A DNA stretch of 64,000 nt from Octopus vulgaris (GCA_951406725.2 OX597823.1:14322001-14386000), one strand, 5' to 3'; numbered from the stretch's first letter, positions 13,896 to 26,918 are shown. Program-made: numbers and translations. The notes: generated from the letters alone by a model not told the origin.

Positions 13896-13944
13896 CACTA
13901 CTACTACTACTACCACCACCACCACCACCACCACCACCACCACC

Positions 13945-14010
<66 letters not shown>

Positions 14011-14036
14011 GCTACTACTACTACTGCTACTACTGC

Positions 14037-14072
<36 letters not shown>

Positions 14073-14223
14073 CACCACCACCACCACCACTACTACTACT
14101 ACTATTACCACTACCACCACTACTACCATCACCCCCACCACTACTACTACCACCACCACCACCACCACCACCACCACCACAACTACCAACACCCCCACCA
14201 CTACTACCACCACCACCACCAAA

Positions 14224-14272
<49 letters not shown>

Positions 14273-14310
14273 GCTGTTACTGCTGCTGTTGCCGCTGCCA
14301 CTGTTGCTGC
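13803..14310. repeat. (ACT)n/(ACC)n compound microsatellite
   Basis: Direct inspection. Confidence 0.95.
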
Positions 14311-14929
14311 TACTGCTTAATGGTGAGCTCATTCCGTCGGCTATTACTTCTTTATTCCACCATTAAATTCTTGACTTGACAGCATAATCTAATGACATGA
14401 TATTGAAACTATAACCTTAGGCTGCTCGTAAACTTTCTTGAACCACCCCGAATGATGTTAAAACAACGACGGAGTCTTTACATGATCATTGAAACCTCCT
14501 GAAAATAGTAGCGAAATTTTCCTTGCTCCAAACAATATCGTTAAACATTCGAACGTCGGAAACGGATTTATCCGTTCAAAAGTTTATTACTGTTAACAGC
14601 GAAAAGCAGTTTTACTCAGCGGCTTTGAAAAAACAAAAATCTCTTTTTTTTATGCTGTGAGAAAAACGATGACACAACCAATGATACATTTTTACAAAAG
14701 ATAACTTTTCGGGTTTTATTAGTTTTTCACATGTTTCATTATATATGTCTTTAGAAGCAAGAATCGAATACTTTTTGTGGCGAATATGAAAAGGTACTTA
14801 CAGACGATACTGAAAAAGTATTGCGGAAGTAGAAAATATCAATTCTATTTTGTGGAGAGGGTGATTTACATCGTTACGAGAATGAAATTTAATTACCCAG
14901 ACAAAAGGTTAATAAAATGCCTGAATACA

Positions 14930-15630
14930 ATATAGGAGGGGAGATATGTGAGGATGTGTTGGTGAAGGACGAGGTGGAGGTGAGAAAAGACGAGGTTGAG
15001 GAGGAGGTGAAGGTGAAGGAAGGAGGTGAAGGCGGCGAGGAAGAGGAGAACGAGGAAGACTTGTTGGGAGGAGAAGGAGGAGGAGGAGGAGGTGAAGGAG
15101 GAAGAAGGTGATGAGGAGGAGAAGAAAGTGGAAGACGAGGAGGATGGGGGCAGAGAAGAGAGCGAGGAAAACAGGTTGGGAGGAGGAGGAGGAGAAGGAA
15201 GATGATGATGTTGAGGATGATGATGATGAGGAGGAGGAGGAAGTTGAAGACGATGATGATGAGGAATATGAAGACGATGAGGAAGAAGGCGATGATAAGG
15301 AGGAGGAAGATAAAGAGGAGAAGGAGTTGTGTAAGAGGGCGAGATGAAAGTAGATGATGCTATAATGATGATGATGCGGCGGAGAAGGAGGAGGAGGATG
15401 AGGCCGTGGAGGGGAGGAAGAATAGGAGGAAGAGGAAATAGAGGGAACAAAGAAGAGGAAGTGGAAGTGGAGGGAAAAAGAGGAGGAAGGAGTGGAGGGG
15501 AGGAAGGAGTGGAGGGGAGGAAGAGGAAGTGGAAGGAAGAAAGAGGAGGAAGAGGAAGAGGAGGGGGAAGAGGAATTGGAGGAAAATGAGGAGGGAGGCA
15601 AGGAAGACAAGGAAGAGGAGAAGGAAGAGA
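14930..15630. repeat. Degenerate purine-rich (GAG/GAA/GAT) low-complexity tract
   Basis: Direct inspection. Confidence 0.85.
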
Positions 15631-17196
15631 AAACGCCCGTGAATTGGGAGGGCCTGAGTAGAAGTGGTGCAAAACCAGTCAGTTTCGAGGAAGAGAGGAC
15701 ATGAGATACATTAAACAGACGGGATGGCTACGGCTAGAAAGTCTTTGAACATAGGATATGGTTGCTCGACCACTGATGACCTACGATCAAAACAACAGCA
15801 ACAACGAAATAAAAAAAAAAAAAGAAGCCGCTATGACGAGAGCAACAGCAACAACTACAACAACCCCGGCGACGTGAGCAACAACAACGACAACAACAAT
15901 AATACTGAATGGCTGTGAAATGCCCTATAATTTTTGTCAAGCTTATGTGAAATGGTATTTCACTTATGTAACATCAATAAACATAGCTTTTAACTCGTTA
16001 TTTTCGTTGCTAGATTACTTCAAAGGAATTTAAGAGTTAAAAGTGTTGTGTTTATGACACAACAAAAACTATTTAGTTTCGGTTACATTCCATGTATTTT
16101 GCTTTGACGTTTGAAGAAAGAATTTGACAAATCTTCCGTTTAGAAATTTCCATATTCTAACCTGGAACTATTTTGCAGTCAGTCTGTATTCATTGCAGTT
16201 TTTTTCTTAATACTACACTGAATATCAACACTTTATTTATATCTACTACTGTTGTTGTTGATGTTGTTGTTGTTGAGTTGTTGTTGTTGTTGTTGTTGTT
16301 TTTATTTAATGCACATACTGACTTGGCGTTTGATTTAAGCACAACTAAATGTTCTATCAAAAGACTTTCAATATAAATCTGTCGTCTTTCTGCGCTGTCT
16401 CGCTATTATCCTTTCATCCTCTCTTCCTCACTCACTTGTTAGGTTTATAGAATATGTATGTGTATGATATGTATTGGTGTGGCTGTGTGCCTAGACCCTT
16501 CTTTCCCATTCACATGGTTTTCCGGGTTCAGTCCCACTGCATGGCACCTTCGACAAATGTCTTCTACTATATCCTCAGACCGACCAAAACCTTGTGAGTG
16601 GATTTAGTGGACGAAAACTGAAAGAAGATTGTCGTATGTATGTATGTATGTATGTATGTATGTATGTATGTATGTATGTATGTATGTATGTATGTATGTA
16701 TGTATGCATGTACGTACGTATGTATGTATGTATGTATGTATGTATGTATGTATGTATGTATGTATGTATGTGTGTGTGTATATGTGTATGCTCGTGTGTG
16801 TGTTTGTGTGTGAGTATGTGTGTGTGGCCGATAAAATAAGTATGCAAATTAGAGAATTCTTCACAGAGTAACTGCTGCATTTGTTGAGTATATAAACAGT
16901 TTGGCTGTTTGTTTCTGTGGAGACTGTCAGAATGATATAGACGCCAATAAGGTTCGAAAATCGATTAAGGGCATTCATCATTTTTTTTTCAGTCTGCGGA
17001 GAAATAGCTAAAATTTTCCCAGTTTATAATTAATCATACTAGGTGTTATATATATATATAAACATGTGTGTGTATGTATGTATATATGAATGTGTGTGGC
17101 CGATAAAAGTACCAGAATTCAAAAAATAAGCACTAGGGTCGATTTATACAACCAGACCCTTCAAGCCGGTGCCCTGGCATGGCCGCAGTATCAAGA

Positions 17197-17232
17197 CTTT
17201 CTGACGAAGGGCGTACGCTCGAAACGTCAAAG
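17197..17232 (+). ncRNA. Minimal type I hammerhead ribozyme
   Basis: CTTT-CTGACGA-A-GGGCG-TA-CGCTC-GAAAC-GTC-AAAG: stem I CTTT/AAAG, intact core, stem II, palindromic ACGT stem III, GUC cleavage triplet. Confidence 0.8.
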
Positions 17233-17324
17233 ACTTTTCCATTTTTTTCTGAGCGTCAACATAATAATACACTGATATGTTGTTCCCTCACCTGTCTTCG
17301 TTTTTTTGTTTTCTGCAAATTTGA

Positions 17325-17362
<38 letters not shown>

Positions 17363-17774
17363 GAGCAAAACGCCCCCGACCAATGGATGGTGCTGAGTTG
17401 TCAAACATTTAAACCAAATGAGACACCAGCAAAAGAAGAAATAAGGATAGACTTTTTTCTATTCCAAAGAAAAACTATTTTATTCGCACAAATATGCAAC
17501 CGAAGAGTTTAAAGTACCAGTAATGATAAGGCTGTTGACTGGAAGAACACAAACATGGTTTAAACAGTAAGCTTGGCAAGAAGGAAACGAAGTTAAGGCA
17601 AAATAATTTCCGACAGACAGAACGGATTTTATATAACAGCTGATGTACTTGCACGTACAAATGCACGTTCCCACAGCTTTATCGATCGCATTCTCACCTG
17701 GAATCGATTTTTGTAATTTTTTCAAGACTTACACACTCCCTGACACCATCGATATCTACATATCAAATATATAT

Positions 17775-18215
17775 ATGGGGTGTTTCAAACAATTTGATAT
17801 CATTTGAGATGTAAATATCACAGAAATTCCACAGTCAAAGCAAATGAAACTAAACAGGCTTAATGTTGAGCAACATAAGATTTATTCCTCCAAATTTGAA
17901 TGAGAAACTCCAAGACATGTGGATTCCTTGAACGATTTCACAAGTGTTCAATATGCGCAACGCCTGAGACACGGCACACGTCAAGTCGGTAGTGCAGCTC
18001 CTCCCAGACACGCTGCAGTATGTCTTGGGTAACAGTCTCCAGTGCGGTAGTGATTCTCTACTCGAGTTCCTCTAGGTTTGCAGGAAGAGGGGAACTCGGT
18101 TTCTTCAAGATTCTCTTGCATATCAACACAGAATTGTATGCGCTTTCGCTTGTCATCTGCCGTTATGGCCTGAACGAGCTGCAGCTTGTAAGGTTTCATT
18201 AGCAAGCGTTTCCTT
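17775..18215 (-). mobile_element. Internally deleted Tc1/mariner-superfamily (maT/DD37D-like) transposon remnant
   Basis: LMKPYKLQLVQAITADDKRKRIQFC fused to the C-terminal QRVWEELHYRLDVCRVSGVAHIEHL. The end lies next to TA repeats. Confidence 0.7.
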
Positions 18216-18558
18216 TTACATACTGCTTAAATACCAATCATGATAGACTAGGCTTCTCAAAACCAGAAAGGAGAAAGCCGATTCGAAGACGATAGATCCA
18301 AACCATCACTGGAACTGTAAAAATCTGTAAAACTTTCCAGAAGTTTATCATTCAACTATATATGATCAGGTCTAGATATGCAAGTATATGCATGAGAAGA
18401 CATACATAAAACAAAATATACACATCTGTACGTATACGTACATGCATAAAACAATACCCTGTTGTTGATGTTGAAATTCCAGTGAAGGAACCTTGGATCT
18501 AGGTTAGAAACCGGTTCTTTCTGTATTGGCAAGAAATCTTGAAATAAACTGATCAATG
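18216..18558 (+). mobile_element. 3' end of an RLE-type non-LTR retrotransposon ending in (CATA)n
   Basis: IQTITGTVKICKTFQKF-like C-terminus followed by a 3' UTR and (CATA)n. Confidence 0.5.
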
Positions 18559-18904
18559 ACATACATACATACATGCATGCATACATACATACATGCATGC
18601 ATGCATGCATACATATATACATATATTGCATGCATGCATACATATGTACATACATACATACATACATACATGCATGCATGCATACATATATACATATATT
18701 GCATGCATGCATACATATGTACATGCATACTTACATACATACGTAAGTAGAGATGTTAGTAACTGTAACTACGCTAACCAGGATAGCTGGAAATGCGATG
18801 AGTAGAAACAACTTCACTTTTTATTCTTGTGTCAAGTAAAGATTATTTCATTTTTAGAATCACCTGTCACAAAACAACCTACACTTGACTAGCATTAATG
18901 AGAG

Positions 18905-19637
18905 ATCTGTGGGAGACCCCCTTCGGTCATGACTGACCATGGGATTGCACCTAGAATGTAACACTCCGAGGCACAAGTCCGGGCAAGGTTGTTTATGGAA
19001 GACCAGCTGCCGCCCATGCATACCGGCCTCCCTTCTCAACGCCACCGATGTTATCCAAGGGAAAACCTATTTCTTTACTGCCCACAAGGAGCTACACACA
19101 GAGGGGACAAACAAGGACAGACAAACGGATTAAGTTGATTATATCGACCCCAGTGCGTAACTGGCACTTATCTAATCGACCCCGAAAAGATGAAAGGCAA
19201 AGTTGACCTCAGCGGAATTTGAACTCAGAACGTAGCGGCAGACAAAATACCTATTTCTTTACTACCCACAAGGGGCTAAACACAGAGAGGACAAACAAGG
19301 ACAGACAAACGGATTAAGTCGATTATATCGACCCCAGTGCGTAACTGGTACTTAATTTATCGACCCCGAAAGGAATTTGAACTCAGAACGTAACGGCAGA
19401 CGAAATACCGCTTAGCATTTCGCCCGGCGTGCTAACGTTTCTGCCAGCTCGCCGCCAAAGGCCGATACTGCTTGGCACCAGTGACGATGCAACTCATTTC
19501 TACATGTGAGTAAACTGGAGCAACGTCAAATAAATTATCTTGCCCAAGAACACAACACGCTGCCCGGTCCGGGATCCGAACTCCCAACCTCACGGTCGTA
19601 AGTTCGACGCTCTAGCCACTGAGCCATGCGCCTTCAC
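18905..19637 (-). mobile_element. tRNA-derived SINE family D, interrupted by a family A dimer
   Basis: Head GAAGGCGCATGGCTCAGTGGCTAGAGCG...GAGTTCGGATCCC and a CORE-like TTCTTGGGCAAG segment. The body resumes at ~19065. Confidence 0.7.
19068..19456 (-). mobile_element. SINE family A dimer
   Basis: Headed unit plus headless unit, joined at 19250/19251. Confidence 0.85.
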
Positions 19638-19836
19638 TACTGTGTTGTTATTAATAGCAATTAACAAAATCGGGTCACTATTTACAAAAGAGTATCTCTT
19701 GACTTTTAGTAAATTATTAAAGGCGTAACTCACCCTACGTCGTTAATTGGTTCAGGAGACACGGCTTAAGTCGAATTAATTTGTCTCTAGGCTAAACCGA
19801 TAATAACCATTCCCAGTTCTGTACTTTATTTTGGTT

Positions 19837-20224
19837 GTGGAGGCGCAATGGCCCCCAGTGGTTAGGGCAGCGGACTCGCGGTCGTAGGGTCGCGGTTTCG
19901 ATTCCCAGACCGGGCGTTGTGAGTGTTTATTAAGCGAAAACACCTAAAGCTCCACGAGGCTCCGGCAGGGATGGTGGTGATCCCTGCTGTACTTTTTCAC
20001 CACAACTTTCTCTCACTCTTACTTCCTGTTTCTGTTGTACCTGTATTTCAAAGGGCCGGCCTTGTCACTCTCTGTTTCACGCTGAATATCCCCGAGAACT
20101 GCGTTAAGGGTGCACGTGTCTGTGGAGTGCTCAGCCACTTACACGTTAATTTCACGAGCAGGCTGTTCCGCTGATCGGATCAACCGGAACCCTCGTCGTC
20201 GTAACCGACGGAGTGCTTCCATCC
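19837..20224 (+). mobile_element. SINE family C copy
   Basis: Full length. 14-bp TSD ACTTTATTTTGGTT. Confidence 0.9.
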
Positions 20225-20722
20225 ACTTTATTTTGGTTAATAGTACATGGTTAATAAAAACCTGTTTTACACCTACATACAAATAATGTTTTTTTTTTTT
20301 TACTATAGTACAGTAAAAAAAGTAATCTATATTTACGAATACAATTTTGCGGTATTTACCATACATCGCGGACGTATGGTGCACTACAACTAATTCAAAG
20401 GTGCATGTACAGTACATAGAATTATGTAAAAATAAAGTCAGGCAAGTGAACAGGGTATGAGTCATGATATACATGTGTGCATGCCTATGGAGGTAGAGAT
20501 ATCAGGATTGTCCAAAATGTAACATATATCGATACATCAGAGATATAAAAAATAAATAAAAATATGAAAATATATGAATACTAAAAATATACATGGACAT
20601 AAAGGTATATAGATACATGAACATACTAATAATAGAATACAGATAAAAATAATAGTGGAATATAGATAAAACACGTATTAAAAATTTTTTTAAATATGGT
20701 ATCGTAATAGGCATTAAAAAAA

Positions 20723-21141
20723 GGGATCTTTTCGGTTTGAACGGCAGTTTTTAACATAATTTCTAGGTAACTAAAAAATTTTAAACTTCGTATACTGGTA
20801 GAATGTGTTTATAAAACATCTTTTTCTCTTGGCTTTATTGAGAAAATTCTATAGTTTGTAAGATATTTGTTGTTTTTTCTTCTTCAATATCTGCAATTTC
20901 AACCAATCAATGGCGTCCATTGAGGTAAAAAACATCCTGTGCCGTATGAATATGTCCCTCGTTTAAGAAACAGATTGGGTTTATTTACATTTGTGAAGAA
21001 AATAAGATACCCTTCCGCCACCCCTAACCCTAACCCTAAAACAGATTGAAATGCAATAGATCGATTCTAGGGTCATAATTATGGGTGACAATTTCATATG
21101 ACACCGCTAGAAAAAACTGCCGCTCAAACCGAAAAGATCCC
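20723..21141. mobile_element. MITE with ~30-bp TIRs and internal (CCCTAA)3
   Basis: GGGATCTTTTCGGTTTGAACGGCAGTTTTT ... AAAAACTGCCGCTCAAACCGAAAAGATCCC. Second copy at 33676-34115. Confidence 0.9.
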
Positions 21142-21151
21142 AATTAATTTA

Positions 21152-21374
21152 TGGGATCAGGACAAAAATTCCCTCGGACACGTCAGTGATTGGTTGAAAT
21201 TACCGAAATACAAGAACTTTAATGTGAAATAACTTCGTAAATGTAAGTTTTTCTCAACAATGCTAAGAGTAAAAGATGTTTTATATGACACATTCTACCA
21301 GTGTCCGAAGTTTGGAAGGGTTTAGTTACAAAAAAATAATTTTTTAAACCTGTAGGTCAAAAGGTAAAGGATCC
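21152..21374 (-). mobile_element. Diverged relative of the GGGATC-TIR MITE (one arm)
   Basis: The reverse complement resembles the MITE left arm (GGTAGAATGTG, ACATCTTTT, TTGAGAAAA, CAACCAATCA). Confidence 0.55.
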
Positions 21375-21864
21375 TAAATACCAATTGAGCACCGGGATCG
21401 ATTTAATCGATTTGCCCCTACCTCCATCCCCACCCCGAACCCGCTAGCCTTGTGCCAAAATTTGAATCCAATATGTATCATCTATTTAATGGATAGAATA
21501 AAATAATAGGTTCTTAATCAATCAATTCTCGAAAGGCAGTGAGCTGGCAGAAACGATAGAGCGTCGGAACAGATGCGTTGCAGTATTTTTTACTGTTGTT
21601 TTACTTTATGAGTTCGAACTCCGTCGAAGACAAGTTCGCCTTTTAATCTTTCAGAGTCGATGAAATAAGATACCAGTCAAGAACTGGGGTTTTTCTAATT
21701 GACAATACCGTTCAAAATTACTGGTCTTGTATCTAAATTGGAAAACAATTTGTTTACTCACGAATGGAGAGAAGTTAACTTCTTTGAGAACGAAATATAA
21801 ATGCAATTCGGAAAACCTACTAAGAATAAAATAATATAAAAACCAGGATTAGTCTCACATTGTT

Positions 21865-21938
21865 CAGAGAGAGAGAGAGAGAGAGAGAGACGGACAGACA
21901 GAGTGTGTATATCACAGAAAGAGAAAGTGTGAGTGTGT

Positions 21939-21986
<48 letters not shown>

Positions 21987-22026
21987 GTGTGTATATCACA
22001 GAAAGAGAGTGTGTGAGTGTGTGAGT

Positions 22027-22062
<36 letters not shown>

Positions 22063-22461
22063 GTGTGTATATCACAGAAAGAGAATGTGTGAGTGTGTGA
22101 GTGAGAGAGAGAGAGAAAGACAGACAGACAGAGTGTGTATATCACAGAAAGAGAGTGTGTGAGAGAGTGTGTGTGTATGTGTCAGAGAAAGAGTGTGTGT
22201 ACGTGTGAGTAAGAGAGAGAGAGAGAGTATGTGTATCAGAGAGAGAGATCGAGAGAGAGAGAGAGAGGTAAAAGAGAGCGATAGAGACAGAGTGTGTATG
22301 TCACAGACAGTGTGTGTCAGAGAGAGAGAGAGAGGTGGGTTCAGAGAGAGAGAGTATGTATCAGAGAGAGTGAGAAGGAATAAGAGAAAGAGAGGGAAAG
22401 AAAGCAAGAAAAGAAAAAAGTATGTGCGTTACAGACAGAGTGAGAGAGTGTGTGTAAGTGA

Positions 22462-22492
<31 letters not shown>

Positions 22493-22656
22493 TATGCGTG
22501 TCAGAGAGGGAGTATGTATCAGAGAGAGGGAGAGAGAGAGAAGAAATAAGAGAAAGTGATGGAAAGAAACAAGAAAAGAAAAAAAGTACAGGTGTTACAG
22601 ACAGATAGGGTGAGTGAGAGAGAGAGAGAGTCTGTGTGTTAGAGAGACAGTGTGTC

Positions 22657-22688
<32 letters not shown>

Positions 22689-22716
22689 TGTGTTAGAGAG
22701 AGTGTGTGTGTGTGTA

Positions 22717-22762
<46 letters not shown>

Positions 22763-22895
22763 TGAGAGAGAATGTGTGCATCACAGCATCACAGAGAGAG
22801 ACAGTGTGTGTCAGAGAGAGAGAGAGAGAGAGAGAGACAAAGGGAGAGAGAGAAGGAATAAGGGAAAGAGAGAGAAAGAAAAGAAGAAAGAAAAA
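21865..22895. repeat. (GA)n/(GACA)n/(GT)n compound minisatellite with recurring GAGTGTGTATATCACAGAAAGAGA unit
   Basis: Four clear higher-order units at 21865-22160, then degenerate. Confidence 0.85.
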
Positions 22896-23698
22896 ACAAC
22901 GCACAATAGGTGTAAGCATATATGACTGAAGTCAGACACATTTATAAAATGAAAGAAAGATTTTTCAGCAGATATAAAACCTTGAAAAGCAACAACAAAA
23001 AGTGAAAATTAAACACGAGACTTGTCTGTTGCGAAAACATGATAGCAGAGTTTAAAGACGGCTTGACTTTGATGTATTTGCAACGAAAGATTTTCGTCTC
23101 GTCTCTGTATTGCCAACATGGCCGCTTTCCAACACTTCTTCTGAAAAGCATGTGACAGCCAATGGCAAATGATTCATCGTGATATTTGCTACAGTTTTCA
23201 CGGATAATCATGTTGTTCGTTGCAAGTACAAAACTAACAACATTCAATCGATAGCTGATGATTCTATGAGAAAAACCTTAAGGCTAAAACGGATGGTTTT
23301 CTATATCCGACTCTGAATATAATTGGAAGAATATGGAAGAAATCTTTATGAATATTAGCGTTCTCATAAATGGCAAAAGGTTTGAATGTATAGCGTCCGA
23401 TAGAATGCAAAGAAAAAAAGTATAGTCCAGGGCGCTGTAAACGTAAGTGCGTGCGCACCGACACATGCGCGCGCACGTATTCACATACACATTCCACCCC
23501 ACCCCGAGCAGTTCTTTCATTTGGTAAATAGTTACCAAATATACGAATATAATACTATAATACACACCATCGCCAAATGAAGTGCATTATTATGCATCTA
23601 TATGGTTTTGTATTTGCAAGCGAGCATTAAGGAATATGCATGCATGTATGTATGTATGTATGTATGTATGTATGTAGGTGAGTATGTGTGTCTGTGTG

Positions 23699-23737
<39 letters not shown>

Positions 23738-23741
23738 TACA

Positions 23742-23972
23742 TATTTCTTTACTATCCACAAGGGGCTAAATACAGAGGGGACAAAAAAGGACAGACAAAC
23801 GGATTAAGTCGATTACATCGACCCCAGTGAGTAACTGGTACTTAATTTATCGACCGCGAAAGGATGAAAGGCAAAGTTGACCTCGGCGGAATTTGAACTC
23901 ATAACGTAATGGCAGACGAAATACGGCTACGCATTTCGCCCGGCGTGCTAACGTTTCTGCCAGCTCGCCGCC
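23742..23972 (-). mobile_element. SINE family A monomer
   Basis: Full head-core-tail on the minus strand. Confidence 0.9.
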
Positions 23973-24004
23973 TGATATATATCCATAAATGCAAATATGG
24001 TTAT

Positions 24005-24370
24005 GTGGAGGCGCAATGGCCCAGTGGTTAGGGCAGCGGACTCGCAGTCATAGGATTGCGGTTTCGATTCCCAGACCGAGTGTGGTGAATGTTTATTGAG
24101 CGAAGACACTCAAAGCTCCACGAAGCTCCGGCAAGGGGTGCTGGTGAACCCTGCTGTACTCTTTCGCTCTCCTTTTTTTTCCTGTTTCTGTTCTACCTGT
24201 ATTTCAAAGGGCCAACCTTGTCACACTCTTTCACGCTGAATCTCCCCGAGAAATACGTTAAGGGTACACGTGTCTGTGGAATGCTCAGCCACTTGCACGT
24301 TAATTTCACGAGCAGGCTGTATCTTTGACTAGATCTACTGGAACTATCGCCGTCGTAACCGACGGAGTAC
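24005..24370 (+). mobile_element. SINE family C, diverged copy
   Basis: Same head and tail as 8985-9368. Confidence 0.85.
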
Positions 24371-24391
24371 CGTAGTAATATATGTTATTAA

Positions 24392-24788
24392 GACGGCGAA
24401 CTGGCAGAAGCGTTAGTACGCCGGGCGAAATGCGTAGCGTATTTCGTCTGCCGTTACGTTCTGAGTTCAAATTCCCTCGAGGTTGACTATGCCTTTCATC
24501 CTTTCAGGGTAGATTAAATAAGTACCAGTTACGCACTGGGGTCGATATAATCGACTTACTCCGTGTGTCTGTCCTTGTTTGTCCTCTCTGTGATTGGACC
24601 CTTGTGGGTAGTAAAGAAATAGGTATTTCGTCTGCCACTATGTTCTGAGTTTAAATTCCGCCGAGGTTGACTTTACCTTTCATCCTTTCGGAGTTGATAA
24701 ATTAAGTACCATTTGCGTACTGGGTCTATCTAATCGACTGGCGCCTTCCCAAAAATTTTAGGCCTTGTGCCTAGAATAGAAAAGAATA
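24392..24788 (+). mobile_element. SINE family A dimer
   Basis: Headed unit plus headless unit, joined at 24622/24623. Ends in the alternative tail. Confidence 0.85.
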
Positions 24789-25099
24789 TAAGGCGGCGAA
24801 AATAATATATGTTTTGTAAAATATTTGTACGTATGTATGAGTGGATGTGTGTATGTGCAATTGAAACGTGTTGGTTTTAAAAGGCCGTATCTAATTATCG
24901 AATTAAAGGTAATACTATTGTTACTTCGGAGTAATCCTTGTTTTTACATTGTCAATATTTATACTCCAGGAAACCTATATGTTTAAGGAAATATATTCAG
25001 AATAATCCACTAACTTCTAATCCTATAAGAACTTTATTGGATTTATATCTTAACTGTTGAATAACACTTTTGAATACCTACCTGGAAGCAAATTGGATA

Positions 25100-25140
<41 letters not shown>

Positions 25141-25219
25141 AGTTGAGTTGTGGGGTATCGCACGAGTGGGATTATATAAGAAAAAAGGTTTGAAAATGCA
25201 ATTTAAACGATGTTTATTT

Positions 25220-25260
25220 ACTTAACCGGTTTCACTCTTTGGTAAAAGATTGTCAAAAGT
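25220..25260 (-). ncRNA. Variant minimal hammerhead ribozyme in the 3' pLTR
   Basis: The minus strand reads ACTT-TTGACAA-TCTTTTACCAAAGAGT-GAAAC-CG-GTT-AAGT: stem I ACTT/AAGT, U3-A8 core, stem II hairpin, palindromic ACCGGT stem III. Confidence 0.7.
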
Positions 25261-25273
25261 TACATTTAAGGAA

Positions 25274-25500
25274 ACATTGAATAATATGGGTTCAAAAAAG
25301 TTTTTTACATAATTGTCACATTGAATATTATGCATTCAAAAAAGTTTTTTACATAATTGTCACATTGGATATTATGGGTTCAAAAAAAGTTTTTTACATA
25401 ATTGTCACATTGAATATTATGCATTCAAAAAAGTTTTACATAATTGTCACATTGGATATTATGAATTCAAAAATGTTTTTTTATACATAATTGTCACATT
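25274..25500. repeat. ~44-bp tandem repeat x5 inside the pLTR
   Basis: Unit ACATTGAATATTATGCATTCAAAAAAGTTTTTTACATAATTGTC. Also present in both other pLTR copies. Confidence 0.9.
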
Positions 25501-26063
25501 ATTTGGGAAAATTTGGCAGAAAAGGATAAAACAAATATATTATTGGGAATTGGTTGCGTTAATTATTGGTTGTCGCAAATTGTCACATTACATGTATATA
25601 TATACAATCTATGGTATATATATACAGCGTTTTGACAGCAAAAATTAAAATGGCTTTTTTGTACATCTCAGAATATTTTAAGTATGTTTTTACTGACCTG
25701 TCAGTATTAGCAGAAAGGCTGAACTGAGAGAACAGAAGAAGTAGCCAATGTGGTGTATACTTCCCCTTTATGCATGAATGATTTTGGGGTTATCAGGAGG
25801 TTAGTATGCGGGTGTGAATAGATGTGTCTGTGCCTGCTGGTCAGACAGCGTCTGTTTGTCACACACATATATATACACACAAACACACACACACACAACA
25901 ACACACACACACACACACATAGTATACAAACACACACCACATACAAACAACACACACACACACAGAACACACACACCCACACACAACGCACCCACATATA
26001 TCACATATACACACAGCACACAAATATAACATGTATCTATATATAACATACACAGATATATAA

Positions 26064-26133
<70 letters not shown>

Positions 26134-26918
26134 TACATAATATAAATATCACACAAATACACCTAGCATATATATACACACACATACAATACACACATAC
26201 AGCATGTAAGTAATATATATACACAATATATGCATGCAATATACATACGTAATACATACATATAATATATATATATATAGACAATGCATATACATATATA
26301 CACATATACATATAAATAGTGTTTACATACACATACATAGATGTACCACATATACACATAACACACATACATACAATGCATACACATACACATACGCATA
26401 CATATAATATATATATACACACACACACACATAACATACATACACACACAATGCATACATATATATACACACAATGCATATACATGTATTCATGCACATA
26501 TAACACACCTACAATATACATATATACAGTGCACACATACACACAAATATATACACTTAATTGTACACGTACATATACAATACACATACATACAATATAC
26601 ATATACACAATGCGCATGCAAATAATGTACATGTTTATACACACATAAACATGCAAATAAATATACACACACACACATACACACACACACATATATATAC
26701 ACATATATATATATATACACACATACATACATACATACATGCACATACATATATTTTTTCACACACATACACACACATATATATATAAAAAATTCACCAC
26801 CCCCACACACACAAATTACAAACCTATAGCGTACACACTCAAATATATCTCTACATGCCGCACATACACACAAACAAAGTACTAACATATACACACATAC
26901 CATGCATATACACACACA

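Noticed and set aside
21022-21039. Telomere or chromosome-fusion scar
   Set aside because: The tract is an internal part of a multi-copy MITE.
25274-25500. CRISPR-like regularly spaced palindromic repeats
   Set aside because: Contiguous tandem units with no unique spacers, eukaryotic context, no cas genes.
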